Shown piece after piece: positions 13,501-27,300 of a stretch of DNA of 64,000 nucleotides (the stretch's first letter is position 1; each line of letters starts with the position of its first letter). The DNA is from Saccostrea cucullata (taxonomy: Eukaryota): positions 62,001 through 126,000 of the forward strand of contig NW_026921444.1 in NCBI RefSeq assembly GCF_032062105.1, given 5' to 3'. The position numbers and the translations under genes are program-made. Below the pieces are notes generated by a model. That model saw nothing but the letters and a program-made list of their open reading frames with translations, made no database searches and was not told the origin of the DNA.

Positions 13501-15354
13501 TTATCTGTTAAAATCAATGTGTTTCAGCATTTTTAATTTTCTGGAAGTCCAAAACATCCGATGTTGCATATTAAGTATTGATATTGTTCTTTTTTTTACA
13601 TTTAAAATTCTATCCTGATGTCAAGAGTTCTACAGTTATACCTTGGATATTGTTGTCCTTGATTTAAGAAATGGATTAATATTTTTGGTATTGTGCATAT
13701 TGTGCATCTCATTTCTAAGTTCCAAGTCTGAAGTCGGAATGTCAAAGGGTTCTCAATTAAGTTGTTGTGACTTTGGACAATACTGTAAATCACTTTTTAT
13801 TCGCGAGAACTTTATTTTCGCTTAATTACCTGAGACGATATGCTCGCGAAAATTTCATTCTCGCGCATAATAGAATTCCTTAAGGTTATATAGAGCAATG
13901 ACGACAATTCGTGAAAATTTTGTCTCGCTTATAAAGAGTCAATGACTATCTCGCGAAAATAAGGTGTCGTGAAAGTTAAGTGATCTACAGTATTTGGACC
14001 AATAAGAAAACTGAAATAATTTAAGGCCATACAATATTCTCCCCTTTGAAAAGCTCTAGGACACAATATTTAGCTTTACATTAATTTTAAGCTTTTTTTT
14101 TTCTTTTATATTTAATTCACTACTTCTTTCTGATTTAATAGTTAAACCAGTTTTTAACATTCAGTCTCTCTCATCCCTATTCATTTAATGACCAACTTAT
14201 TCAGTGTGCAAGTAAAAATCAAATAAGTTTTAAAGAATTGACCTTACATCATATTCACTTTGAAAATACCATCTGGACTCTTTAATGAGCATATTGTTGT
14301 GTCAGCATTTTTGTAATTAACTCTATATTTTAAAAAAAAACAACTACAAATGCAATCATTTTATAGTCTTCAAAAAATTCAATAACAGACATAAACCCCA
14401 TTCAATGTATGAATGAATGCAACAGTTCTAACTCACAAAACTGTCAGCTAAACTGTCAGAAATGTGTGGGCTGAATCTATAATAATTAGACCTGGACCCA
14501 GGCATGAAAGAAACACTGAATGAGAATTAGAGCTCGTCATCTACTGTACAATAACATCAGCTGAACCACCGATAGGAATTGACATATTCCAGTCAGGTTC
14601 CCAGCAAATTGTCCCCTCAGGGGAGTCTGCTTTCTTAAGCTCTGAGTGTTATTAGAAGACCATCAAGACCAACACAATAGACACTGATAACACACAACCA
14701 ATTGCTTTGGCTTCAAGTAAATATCAATATAAGTTCTCACTCTCCACATTCTCAGCAGTAACCATACTGCACCTGCTTACTGGCAGTTAGATAATTGACA
14801 AGAAGCGCCAAACAACAACGTTCTCTGATCTGTTTCTTTATGCCATCAATATAATTTGTATGTACAAGTTTTACTATGGTACCAGACCCTCACCATCCCC
14901 ACCCTGATTGTTTTGCCAACATGTATATATATGATACCCCCCTGAACAAATCAGCCCCCCCCCCCCCGCCCCAAATTAAATTCCTGCCTATGATTCTGAT
15001 TTTGGTGTCCTTGCAGTGCAGAGTTGAGCAACATTTAGGGATCACTTTATCCAGACTGTTTGTATGTCTGTCCAGCTGTCTTTAGAACTGTAAGCAGAAT
15101 GAATTTGATATTTTGGTCATGTATTACTTTGCATTAAAGGGTTATGGTTTTTGTGAAATTCACATGGTTACCAACTAATGAATTAACTTTCTATTTGACC
15201 TTGACTTAATTCTCCAAATAGTTTATACTGAGCAAAACAGAATTGTTTTGGGCATTTCAGAGGAAAGTTTATGCTTATAGCTATTTAGCATGTGCAGTTT
15301 TTGTTGTTAAACTCTTATGAAAAACACTTGCATAAATCAAATTCACCTTGACCT

Positions 15355-15388
<34 letters not shown>

Positions 15389-18300
15389 CTACTGATTCTG
15401 TTGGTAAAGATTATTATTCTTTTTTTTTTCTTCTACTTCCTAGACCCCAACTTTGAAGGCTCATATCTCACTCATTTCTCAATAGATTTTGCTCAAATTT
15501 TCAGAGTTTATAGACGTTACTAATCTCTATTAGAATGTTGTCTGATATTTAAAAAATTCACTTCCAGTTTTGAGTTATTTCCCTTTAAACGAAAATTTAT
15601 AGGCTTTCATTTCCAGATAAAGGCTCAGAGACTACAAAGGCTGGAACAGAAATTCTACTGATTTTAGATAATAGAAGGATTGAAGTTGTGCACATCGGTT
15701 TTTGTTTTTCGATTTCTGTATTCAAAATGGCGCTATATAGGGGTAAAAAATTAGAACGCCTAAAAGAGCGAAAATTTACACATATTTTCCTTGTTGTCTT
15801 CTAAGCTAAAAATATTTTGTTAAAATATATAGAACAAAATTTGTGCAGAATTACAAGATCTTTCAAATGATATCTCAGAAAAAGGGCTGGCCCCTAAATT
15901 AAGGGATCTAGAGGGGCCTACATTTTAGGGAAATAAAAATAAAGATTAACTTATATGGTCTTCTAAATTTTGAGTTGCTGTGCTTCCATAACTATACATG
16001 CATATAATATTCATTTTTAAGGATTTTAAGGTAAAATGACAAATAATATGTCTATTTTATTGTCCGTACATAATAATAGCATGCAAATAAATAGCTGATA
16101 CTCTTATATTAATTATTTACCAAGTATATCTTTAATGATGCTATAACAGTAGCTGACGCAAACATTCCTTAATTGAAACACTCTAGTTTAGAACTTCACA
16201 TGATTGCGTAATTAAAGACTGAAAATTATCTTTATGCTTGCAACAAAGGAAAGAAATAATACCTCCAGAACATTTTCTCCATTACTGAAACAAGTCAAAT
16301 AAATTTCACACATAATAATTCCTGCAACTAAGACTAGAGTAAAGATTTGTGAGCCATTTCAGACTTTCTACAGATTTATGTCCTCTATTCTCCTACTCTC
16401 AGAGCACCAAATTGATTCCAAATCAAAAGAAACCATTATTCTCTTTGTGTTCCCAGTAATTTGTAGCTTCAGAAGCTAAAATTTTTAGAAAATCATGATA
16501 CAAGAACTGGGCTTCTCTTTAATGTTAAAATAAAATTGGAATTCCAGAAGTTATACTTACGTAATCATTAATTAGGCAATGAATAATTAACCAACATATC
16601 ATTTGGCCTTTATATTTAGACAACCTTGTGAATATCTAATGACTATATTTTCTGCCTCTTTTTCTGTTCATGAATTCTTTATGAAATGTACCAATTAGCA
16701 TCCTTTTTCATATGAAGGTAAAGATCCAATACGAGAATAAGAGTTAATTTTGTACTCTGAACCACAAAAAATTGATCTACATGCAAGTCTTTACTTCAGA
16801 ACAACCTTTAAAACAATCTGTATTTGACTTGCTGGATAGGAGAATTGAATAGAATGAAGTTAAAAGTATTCATCCATTTAGGACTGCAACAGTCATGATG
16901 ATTTGAAGCATATACTGTAGAAGTACTTTTTTTCCGCCTGGTATTAATTTACGCTATGTACGCAGTCACAAATTTTCTGCGAAAATTTGTCCAAGCATAC
17001 TTAACATAAATGCAAGGCATATAGTGACAGTCTAAAAAAATCCGTGTAATTTTCAACAGGCGGATTAAACGGAAATTGAGATTCCACGGAATTAAGACCC
17101 CATGGAAAAAAGTATGTCTACAGTATTTTAAACTGAAACTCAAAATGTGTATTCATAGCAGTCTCTCCAGCTCAATACTGTATGCTAGTTAGCTGGTACA
17201 AAATTCCAGGTCAAAGCAAAAAGGCTCCATTCTTTCCAAGTTTTGAATTTGTAACCTGCACATTTTTTCCTTAAGGCCAGCATTTTTTTATTTTTAGGTT
17301 TACAAACCCGCCGTCAAGATTTTGAATTTTCAGAAAAAAAATAAAATTGAGAAAAACAGAATTTTTTCTTTCGATGTCTCCGAGATTTCAAATTTACGAA
17401 CTCGTACTTCCGGTTTTGAATGAACATGGCGGGTAATGAAGGGAGATTTGTGTCAAGTCCATAGCAGCACTAAAGCTTGGTTTAATGTAAATATTTATCG
17501 ATAGGAGTGCCATTCAAAACGTTTCACCCCTTCAGAGAACAATAAAATGCTGACGACTTTGTTGCAAAGTGACATGTTGGTGAGATAATTATGTATCCGT
17601 ATTCAAAAGTAACTGTCTGTAATTGTAAATTATTTTCCTCAGGTTTAAAACTGCCCATGGTAGCTATTGTCAGAGACTTTGTTTAGGTTTCTGTAGCTTA
17701 CAGTCTTAGCATCATTCTTCAGAAAAGGGTCGCTTATGCATCAGATGTAATGAATAAAACTATGGGAGAAGTTAAGTCCATTTGAGGAAGAAATAAACAA
17801 TAGCCTAAAGAAATAAAATATTTCAACTATTTAAAAACAAGAATATACAAATATATACAGGCAAGTAGTATCGTTTATGGCAGCCAGAAAAATTATTTTA
17901 CACTTAATTGAAAAAAATTCCACCCTACTCCTCAATAACTCCTGTCTGTTTTATGAAAGGAATCATTACTTTTATAGGTCTCAAGTATATTAATATTTTA
18001 GAATAATTTCTACCTAACACACATTAAAAACAAAAATGAAGATATATTAAAAGAGATTTAAAAAATTGATTTTTTTAAAAAAAAAATCTGTATTTTGTCC
18101 AACATCAAAAGATTTATATCACTGCCCCCAACAGGTAGATGATGAAATAAACAATTAAAGGTGGTATTTTTCCCTTTGTAACCCTTATGCGTCCAGTGGC
18201 AAGAAGCCTGTTAGGAGAGCATAAAAAAAGAAGCAAAAATTAATGTAGAAAAGTCGATAATGTATCCAAAATATAATTTTATTTTTTTTTTTATTTCCTC

Positions 18301-21300
18301 CTCCTATGGGACTTTTTCATTCTGATGTTCGTAAACCTAAAAATAAAAAAATGCTGGCCTAAGCAGAGGACAAGATTCTCTGAATTAGCTTGTTGTTCAT
18401 TACTTTTATGTTCCACTAAGATTTTGCTTTGTATTTTGGGCAAGTCCTAGCTACTAATTACAGTTAGGACTTAAACTGAATCCACCATTAGAATCAAATC
18501 TGGGAAAAATTTATCAAAATTCTTTGGTACATAGATTGATCCTTATGTATGCTACATTGTCATATATCAGGCCTGTTCAAAGGCACTATAAATCACAATA
18601 AACTAGCCATGAAATCAACAAGCCATATAAGCAACAAGATCCATTAAAATGTCACAAACCATAATCTACATTATGTCTGCCTCTGTGAGTATATTATTAA
18701 CTCTCCAGTTGCTACTAACATATACCATGTAACAAGGAGAGGGTCAAGCAAGATTCAATGTAGCAGTAAAAAGGGTCCAGATCCAATAATCAACAGTTAT
18801 TTGCTTCTAATGATCTTTCTTCACCCTTTGACAAGTAAGATTTGGAAGGAAATTAATCATCATCTATCATGGAAATCCTTAAAGTCATCTGGGATAAGTC
18901 CTAATGACCAGCCCATTGATTGGCCAGAATCTAGCTGTACTTGATTGCTCTGGCCGTATTCGAAGAGAAAAATTAAAGAGAGTGGGTTCTTTTAACTAAT
19001 GGTGACAATGCCTTATGGGAATACCATACATTTTCTTTTGGCTGTAGGCCTTTTATGTTTGCAAAATAGTCCATGATGAGAGTCATGAACTTTTAGCTAT
19101 TACCTTTTTGCCCTGAAAACATTGACAAATAAAAATATTTTCTAGATAGATATAAATCTCCTAATTTTTTCTGTTTAAAGAATGGTTCATGGGAAACTAA
19201 CTTTGTGTTTATATAGAAAAAACGAGATTGTAGTTTCAATTGAATTTTTTAAACACTTTTATGAGAACATAAAAAAGTAGATATACTGTACCTCCAAAAA
19301 TTACTGTAGCACCATCACAAAAATAAGTGATTTCAATGCTAATCTTTCAAAGACAATTAATAAGGAACATTTTTTGACATCATGCAGATATATAAGCACA
19401 TATCATGACACAGGCTAGTTATTGCAACATGAAGATGGTTTATGATAGCCAAAACAATCTACTGTACTTGTTGTGTAGAGATTCTGATTGCTGTCAACAT
19501 GCTGTGTATTCTTCCTGACCAATAGTATACATGAAATCATTCCAGCATGTTCATAGTTTTTTTTAAATACAGATTTCATACAAATTTATGCAGGATGTAT
19601 TCCATGGTTTGTGATGGGATATGATTATTTATTCAACAAGGCATGCATTTTTTTCCTTGATCCTCAGGGATTGAGGGTATAAAAACAGACAGGTTGGATA
19701 AAATATCATATCCAAACCAAAAGGAGCTTCTTTTTATGCAAATCAAAGATTTGAGGGCATTTAGTCTTTGGTCTGTTTGTCCATCTGTCTGCTTGTCACT
19801 AGTGTCTAGTAACCTGTTTGTCTGCGAAAACTTGACCCTTAATGCCCATAATTTCTGAATGGTTGGTGCTATAGGGTTTTTGCATTTCATATGTGTAATT
19901 TTTTGTCACATGGTCTTTCTTTGAGTATCAACACATTTTACCTTTTGATGTTGACAAAGAAATTACCTTTACTATTGCAAAGATTTAACCTTGACCTTTT
20001 TGATGCCTGGAGCTAAGGCTATTAAATTTCATACTGACTGTATTTTATGTGTCCAAGCCTTCAAGTTTGTTGACCTTAAGCCTTGCCCATAACTTTTGAA
20101 CAGAGGGTGCTGGGAATTTCATATATCACACTTGTATTTCTTGTGACAAGACTTTTCTTTGGGTATCAAAATATTTAAACTCATGACCTCGACCTTGGTG
20201 TTTGACCTAAATTCAAGCAAAAACACATTGTGATGTAACAATTAACCTTTGATATGAAATTCATCTCTTTGAAATCTATAGTTTTTAAAATAATTTTTCA
20301 AATGGATCAATTCAAATCAGAAAAAAAAAATTACATGCAATTTTAAAGGCTTTATGTTATTTTCACTGTGAATTATTGATAGGATGGGACATATATACTA
20401 GAGCTGTGTGTCTTAAACTCTCAGCTTCTGAGCATGCTCGCTAATTTTTTAAGTCAGATTGGGTTGCATAGGTATGTATTTAGTTGCATGTATAAGACAT
20501 ATATTCTAGTAAAAATATATGTACTTTTGCAGCCTCCTTGCCAAATGTACAGCTGTTCTAAGTTAATCACTCTGGTATTCATTCCTGATGAAAGAGAAAG
20601 CCGATATACTCCTCTTGCCAGATGAGGTTTACAACTTATCAGGGAAAACTGCCCATTCCAAATCAGTACCAAAGGGGCATCAGACAGGCTCTTTTGCCAT
20701 TCATACTTTTTCATCTTATCCTATTTTATAAGTATATTAAATGCCTTGGATATAATAATAGTTTTCTTAACAAATGGAGACGCAGGTTCAAATCCCACTG
20801 TGGGACATGGAGACTGGTCATTTGGATGAAACCATATAATCCAAGGTCCCGTGTCACAGTAGGTACAAAAAAAGAACCCTCAATGCATAAATGACCATAA
20901 GTACCAAGTATAAAGCGAAATTGGTAGCTCTCCACCACAAGTGGTGTCGTTTCCATATGAGTGAAAAATTTTCGAGAGGGACGTTTATACAAACAAAAAA
21001 TGGTGACGTTGTTAATAAACTGCATGTTCACCATAAGAAAAACCTCTAATTTTGATTCATCATATTTTCTGACTTTTTTTTATTTATTCCCATAAGGCAG
21101 AAATAGCTTTTTATCACAAACAAAATGTATATATATAAAATAATTTCCAGAGTATTGATTTTCAGCTTCTGAATTGCCTACCAGTTGATTCGCATGCCAA
21201 CATTGCAAATTTCTTTCAAAGAAAACAACTGCAAATATATTTTATAGCTACTTTGTGTGTTTTTATTAGGGTACATAGTCATGCATATCGGAAATATCAT

Positions 21301-24300
21301 AAAAAAATGACTTCAAAAGCTAGCACTGAGTTACTTAACATAGGTCATTTCAATCTCTTTAAAATTAATTCAGCACCTTCTTGAAACCCTCTCCATGCAA
21401 ACAAAAAAATAATAAATTACAACAAAACATTATTTGATTTCCTTAATCAATATAGTACACAAAACATATGTTCATGGGAATCAATCACAATGATAATATA
21501 CATTTACTCCATTCTCACCTTGGAATTTATTCATAACACAATTTACGGAATTATATAATTATTAATTGTTTGGAATGGTTTTAGTCTCATTGAGACAACA
21601 AATTCAAAGGAAAACTAATACACAATAAACAGGTATATAAAAATCAATTTATACATACATCAATATTTAATAAAAAATGGACAAAGACTTTCATAAATAA
21701 CAAACAATTTAAATTAAAAAATAACAATTATCAATTCAATCAAATAGGCTACAAAGAATTGTCACTGCATGATCATGCAGTTAGTTTTAATATTTAAATG
21801 TGCTAGCTGTTAGCAGTAAAATGATTTATGATACATATTTACTTATAATACATATTTTGCATTTTTTTTATTAATAACCAAAAAGCCTATAAAATGTACC
21901 TGTAAATATCTGCAGATTTAATAATTAAGCTAATATCATAAAACAAATATTGACTCATTTGCACTGCCATTTTATTTTACAATTCAAAATTTCTATTTTT
22001 ACTAAAAACAAATAAATTGAGCTTACAGTGTGTATGAAAATTCTTATAATCCAATGACAAAATTCTTCATAACATTGCAACAAACATCATGCAGTGTTTG
22101 AAAACATTGGCATGGTCTTTGTCATTGTTTTTCCTTGAACTGCTTGGATGTACATGTACATATTCCATCTGCATATTAAGCATACAAAATACTCTTTATT
22201 TTACACCAGTGACAGTTACTATAAAAGAGTGAAGTTTTAAATGGTGCTTTTTTTTTTAATAATACAAAATCAGTTAATGCTTGGATATATCATTATACAT
22301 GGATAAAAATGATGCTCTGGAATTCCATTATTTTATCACAGCATAAAATCTTTAACATCACAGTAAGCTTATGAAAATGAAGTAAAATTAATGTTGTCTC
22401 TTAATTATAAAAAAGAGACATAAACGACTCAGAATCTCATCAATATCACTAAAACCAAGCTATTATAAAGTGGTTTGCATTAGATAAAAATCAATGGATG
22501 GTCCAAACTTGATGAACTTCCCACCATTTTGAGTCTTGTCAGCTTAAAAAAACTAGTAATGAGGTGGTGATCATGAAATGGAGCGCAATTCCATGAAATG
22601 CTATTAACATAAATCACATGGAGATATATTTATTTTATGAGCTTCAGAGTCTGTAACATTTACAGTTGGCTCACTTGAATTTATTACCTATGTAATTTTT
22701 TCATCTGGACATTGAATCTTGTATTTTGATTACTTTTATAACAAACATCCTAACAAATTAAGTTTTAATGAACCAGTTTTGAATTATTGTAATTATAAAA
22801 TGTACTAATTAAAACTTCTATGACTGCTCCTGAAGTATATATTCCACTTAATATGACAAAAATTCAGAAAATCCTCCTTTTTTCTTATCTAGTACATATA
22901 AATTGTAACCAATTCCGAAAATTTGATCTCAAACTGATTAAAAAATTATCAAAGCACATTAAATTTCATTAAATATTTCAAGCAGTCAAAATAAAATGTT
23001 GCATGGACTGAATTTATCAAAGATATGGTCAAACACTATACTTTTTAGAAAATATGAGGACAATTTCTGACCATTTTAAATGAATCACAAAGCTTATCTT
23101 CCAAATTACATCTTTAGAGTTTGACATATACTTTGCTTTTAAATAGACATTTTTAGGGGATTGTCACATTTTAATGCAGACATTATTTTCCTGCAGTTGC
23201 TGTAACAAAGTTTAAACTTGCACTTTGTGGCATTGAGCATTCTGGGCACCGACAATCGTTATGACAACAGAGTTGTCGGAGACCACGTCGAAAATCACGA
23301 CTCCAAACCAAATACACAAAAAATTTGTAAAAGGAATTTCCAATTCCAAACCATAACAAATAAAAATGCACCGAGTGTGGATAATCGGAAATATTTTCTA
23401 TACATTCACCATATATCTGCAGTACTAACCATGGAATCCATGCAATCAGAAAAATCATGGAAATGATAAAGTTCATGAAATAGTTATTTGGTCGTGAGGC
23501 TGTATCTATCAAAATGGTTTGATACATATGTCTCTTCTTGCGGAATGACTTTGTAAAAAGGTATGCATTGGTGGACACCAATGCAAAGAAAGCAGGCAAG
23601 ATGACCAGTATACCAGCTGTTACAAAGTATGGCTTGTGAGAACCAGCATTTATGGAACACAGAAAAACCTCCTCATAATACTTTGCTTGTTTCTTGAAAG
23701 AGAACAATGTGGGGCTGCAGAAACTGACAGCTCCAATCCACACAAATATGATCCAACACAGGGAACGGGCAGTTGTCATGGCAACTTTGTGTCGTTGTGG
23801 TTTTCTGATGGCAAGATAATGGTCCACGTTGATCCATGCTAAGGAATACAAACCTGCAATGAAGAAAATTACCAGAAGGTAAGCCTCAATGTGGCAGAAT
23901 TTCTCATCATTGACAATCCAGGAGTTGCTGAAAGAGCTGAAGACTGCAAATGGTGTGATAAACACACCAACACAAAGGTCTGACACTGTCAAAGAGGCAA
24001 AGTAGATTTTGTTGATGTTCCGAATGGATTCTGTCCACACAATGACCAGGAGGGTGAGGGTGTTGAAGCAGACGATGAGAGCTGTAAAGAACACCGTTAC
24101 CAAGCTCTCTGCTTGGAACTCCATCACCCTGGCAACCTCTCACTCCATTGTGATCTCAGGGTCATTCTGTTAATGAAAATTAAAAATTTGTAAAATCATT
24201 ACCATTTTATCAGATAATAATATAAAATACTGAACAACAAAAGACATTCAATGTAGTATTTATAGCTGTTGTTGGCTAAGATTAAGCATGTTAAGCAATG

Positions 24301-27300
24301 TTTAAAGAGAAATTCTTCATAATAGAAAAATAATAATTATAAGCAAACTTCTCATAAGAAAAAAATGTTACATTATTTCTGCAGAAGATAAGCCTACAGT
24401 GTATATACAGAAAATATATATGAAGAGGCACAATTAATCATTTCTACAAAATGATAGGGAAGCAAAAATCTCCTACTCATGATCAGTTAATATTGAACAT
24501 ATAGCTAGCATTGCTGGTTCTCTAGTTGTCATCAATTTAGCCTTCTATTAGGCTTAAAGATTACTCAGCACAGTTGCTTTCTATGAAGCATTGCTAAGAA
24601 TATCCATATATATTGTACAATTCTACCACAATTTGTAACCACTTATCCCCCTGATTTAAAGCTGCATTCCTATTTATGTACACACTCCATCTTATTGAAC
24701 ACTGCATTAGAAAAATAGATTTATTCTGTAGCTGACACACAAGCTTCTGATTCTGCATTTAGAGACTATTGACAGAGATTGAATGATGTATAAAGACAAT
24801 ACTTTCCTAATGCAATATATTCTGTAGATTGGATAGTAAACTATCAAGACTAAATGGAAAAACTTTGTATTAGATCAATTTATTGCATCAAAAAATAGTC
24901 AAGACTACTAAAATAACCCCCTGTTAATTAAGAAAAGCCTAAATTAAGACACCAAAACAAACAAAAAAAATTCCATTATAAAATCAATGAGATGCATTTG
25001 CTGGTACATTTAAATAAATGAATTCAAATGAGAGCCCACAAACCCTCTTAATACCATTAGATAAACATTGATGAAAGTTGTTTAAATTTGATTTCTGTAA
25101 GTAGTAAACTTCATAAATTGGATTTAAGGCAAACAAGATTTGTCATTTTATAGAGATAGTCTATCCTTAATCATATTGAAAGTGAGACAATTGACACCTT
25201 TTGTTGAAAGCATGTAATGTCTAAGATTTCTTTGCTTTTTTTTTCATTTTGCCTCCCAGGTTGAAGAACTGCTGGTGGTATTGGATTTAGACGTCACTGT
25301 AGGTGTGAGTGCAGTAGGGACAGCTATTGTTTTTGGTTTGTCTCTTTCTTTGTGTACACAGTGGTAAAAAATTTTACTTCACCTCTCTCTAAATCCCGGC
25401 CCCTCCCATTCCAAGATTGAAGTCTTAATGTCAAAGGTTCTCAAGTTATAGCCTAGAGAAATTTGGTTGAGGGAAGAAAATAGACAAAAAAAAAGTCTCT
25501 CATTTGAAAGTTAGACATAATTCAATGTTATTTATCAGTTTGAATATACATAGTTAATATGGCTTTCAGGTTTCATAACAATTATAAATCTTGTTGACCT
25601 TAACAACAATGTTATTATATTTCTAACAATTCTAAAATGAATTCAATTTCTTCTCTTAGTCTAAAGTCATGTAGTAACATATTGTTCCTTTGAAATCAAA
25701 CTCACTCCACTTTACATTCCTAAATAGCTGACAGAGAAACAAAAACACTTAACAACACGAAGAGACCACTTTTATTCCACTCATTTGGCACTACCAAAAA
25801 AAAAGCAGAAAAAAAAACAGAAAAGAAAGAAATTCTCTAATTCTGCTTCTAACAGGTGCAGGGATAATCACACACAATTCCTGAATTTCAGCCACTTGCA
25901 TCTTTTTCTATTGGAGAATGTACTTGCACTAATTTCAACCAAATCTTTGTTTATAGTAGACCCTCCTGAATTCCTGAAAACTGATGAAAATCCACAACAA
26001 ACCTCATTGTGTGGGGGAAGCAGTTCAATCTCCTCTAGACCATCATTTGTCATTAGATTATTATAACCTTAAACATGCACTCATCGTTTAAAAAAGATCA
26101 TATATTATTTCATAATGATGCTAATTAACACTGTATGCATTCATTTAAAAACTCACATAAAGATCATTGACACTGACTTAATAATAGACTGAAAGGTTTG
26201 GTCTAGGATAAGCTTTAATTATAGCAACATTCTAACAAATATTATAACCAAATCTGCAGAAACCAAGAACTACATGCACTTGCTGACCAAGAAAATTTTA
26301 TCCTGGTAAATCATATCAGACAACCCTAAGTGCATCCCCCTTCATTTACAACCATTGTCTCACATGCTAACAATCAGTCTTAATTACCAATCACCCATAG
26401 ACAGCTATCAAGACAATCAGCTCTCTGATGAAATCCATAGTCAGACTATATACTCCTAGCTGTCAGAGGTAAGCTCTCATTAAAAGTTATCTAACACAAT
26501 ACATGTATATTAGAAATTCAGTGGCTATCATTTCTCAAGGGAAAGTCTGGATTCATCTGTAAACAACTACTTTTAATACAGGTATTTCAAAAATTCCTTA
26601 AATATCTGTTAATTATAGGCTTCATTGTTTTATTATCCTTAAAGTAATTTTTTATTTTCTGGTATTCAGAATTGGCTATTCAGACAACATTTTACTTTTA
26701 AAACGTTAAAAATTCAACATGTGTATTTCTACAATGTAATTTGATATTAAATCCCTATATCCTTTATATTTTCCATTTAACCACGAGCTTTTCACCAAGG
26801 ACAATGCTGCTAGATTAAAGTATCACTTTGCAAATCAAATACGTTACCAAAATTATTTCAATAAAAATTTAATGCAGTTAAACAGTAGCATACATTTAGT
26901 GTATAAATATAGCTGCATCAAGTATAATAACTATTCTGTAACTCGATCAATCATATTTTTGAATACAATTGGCAATATCTAATATTGTATGTGAATTCGT
27001 TGGTCTTTTCAATTTTTCTCTTTCTAAATCTGACTGCTATTTTTAATTGATTGTGCAACTTTTCTCGGTTAGCAGGAACTTCCTTCTGGGGTTTGAGTCA
27101 TTCCAGATTGACAAACAACTTAATGTTATCCATTATTCATTCCACATTCTCAAAAAAGGCCCAACTTTAATGAAATCAATAACTTCTCCTTCCAAATGAC
27201 ATCTTTACTGTGCGATCTGATATTAAAAAGATCAAACTGTTGTGTGGTTTGTAAAATGATCCGATTCAGACCTAGTGACTCTTTCATTCAGCAAGAATGA

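Noticed and set aside
20586-20610. Hammerhead ribozyme core (ctgatga...gaaa)
   Set aside because: No stem II/III pairing or cleavage triplet in register; the other ctgatga sites I checked also failed
24140-24142. Selenocysteine recoding of the in-frame TGA before the GPCR
   Set aside because: No SECIS could be identified by eye in the downstream region, and a good ATG follows 15 nt later
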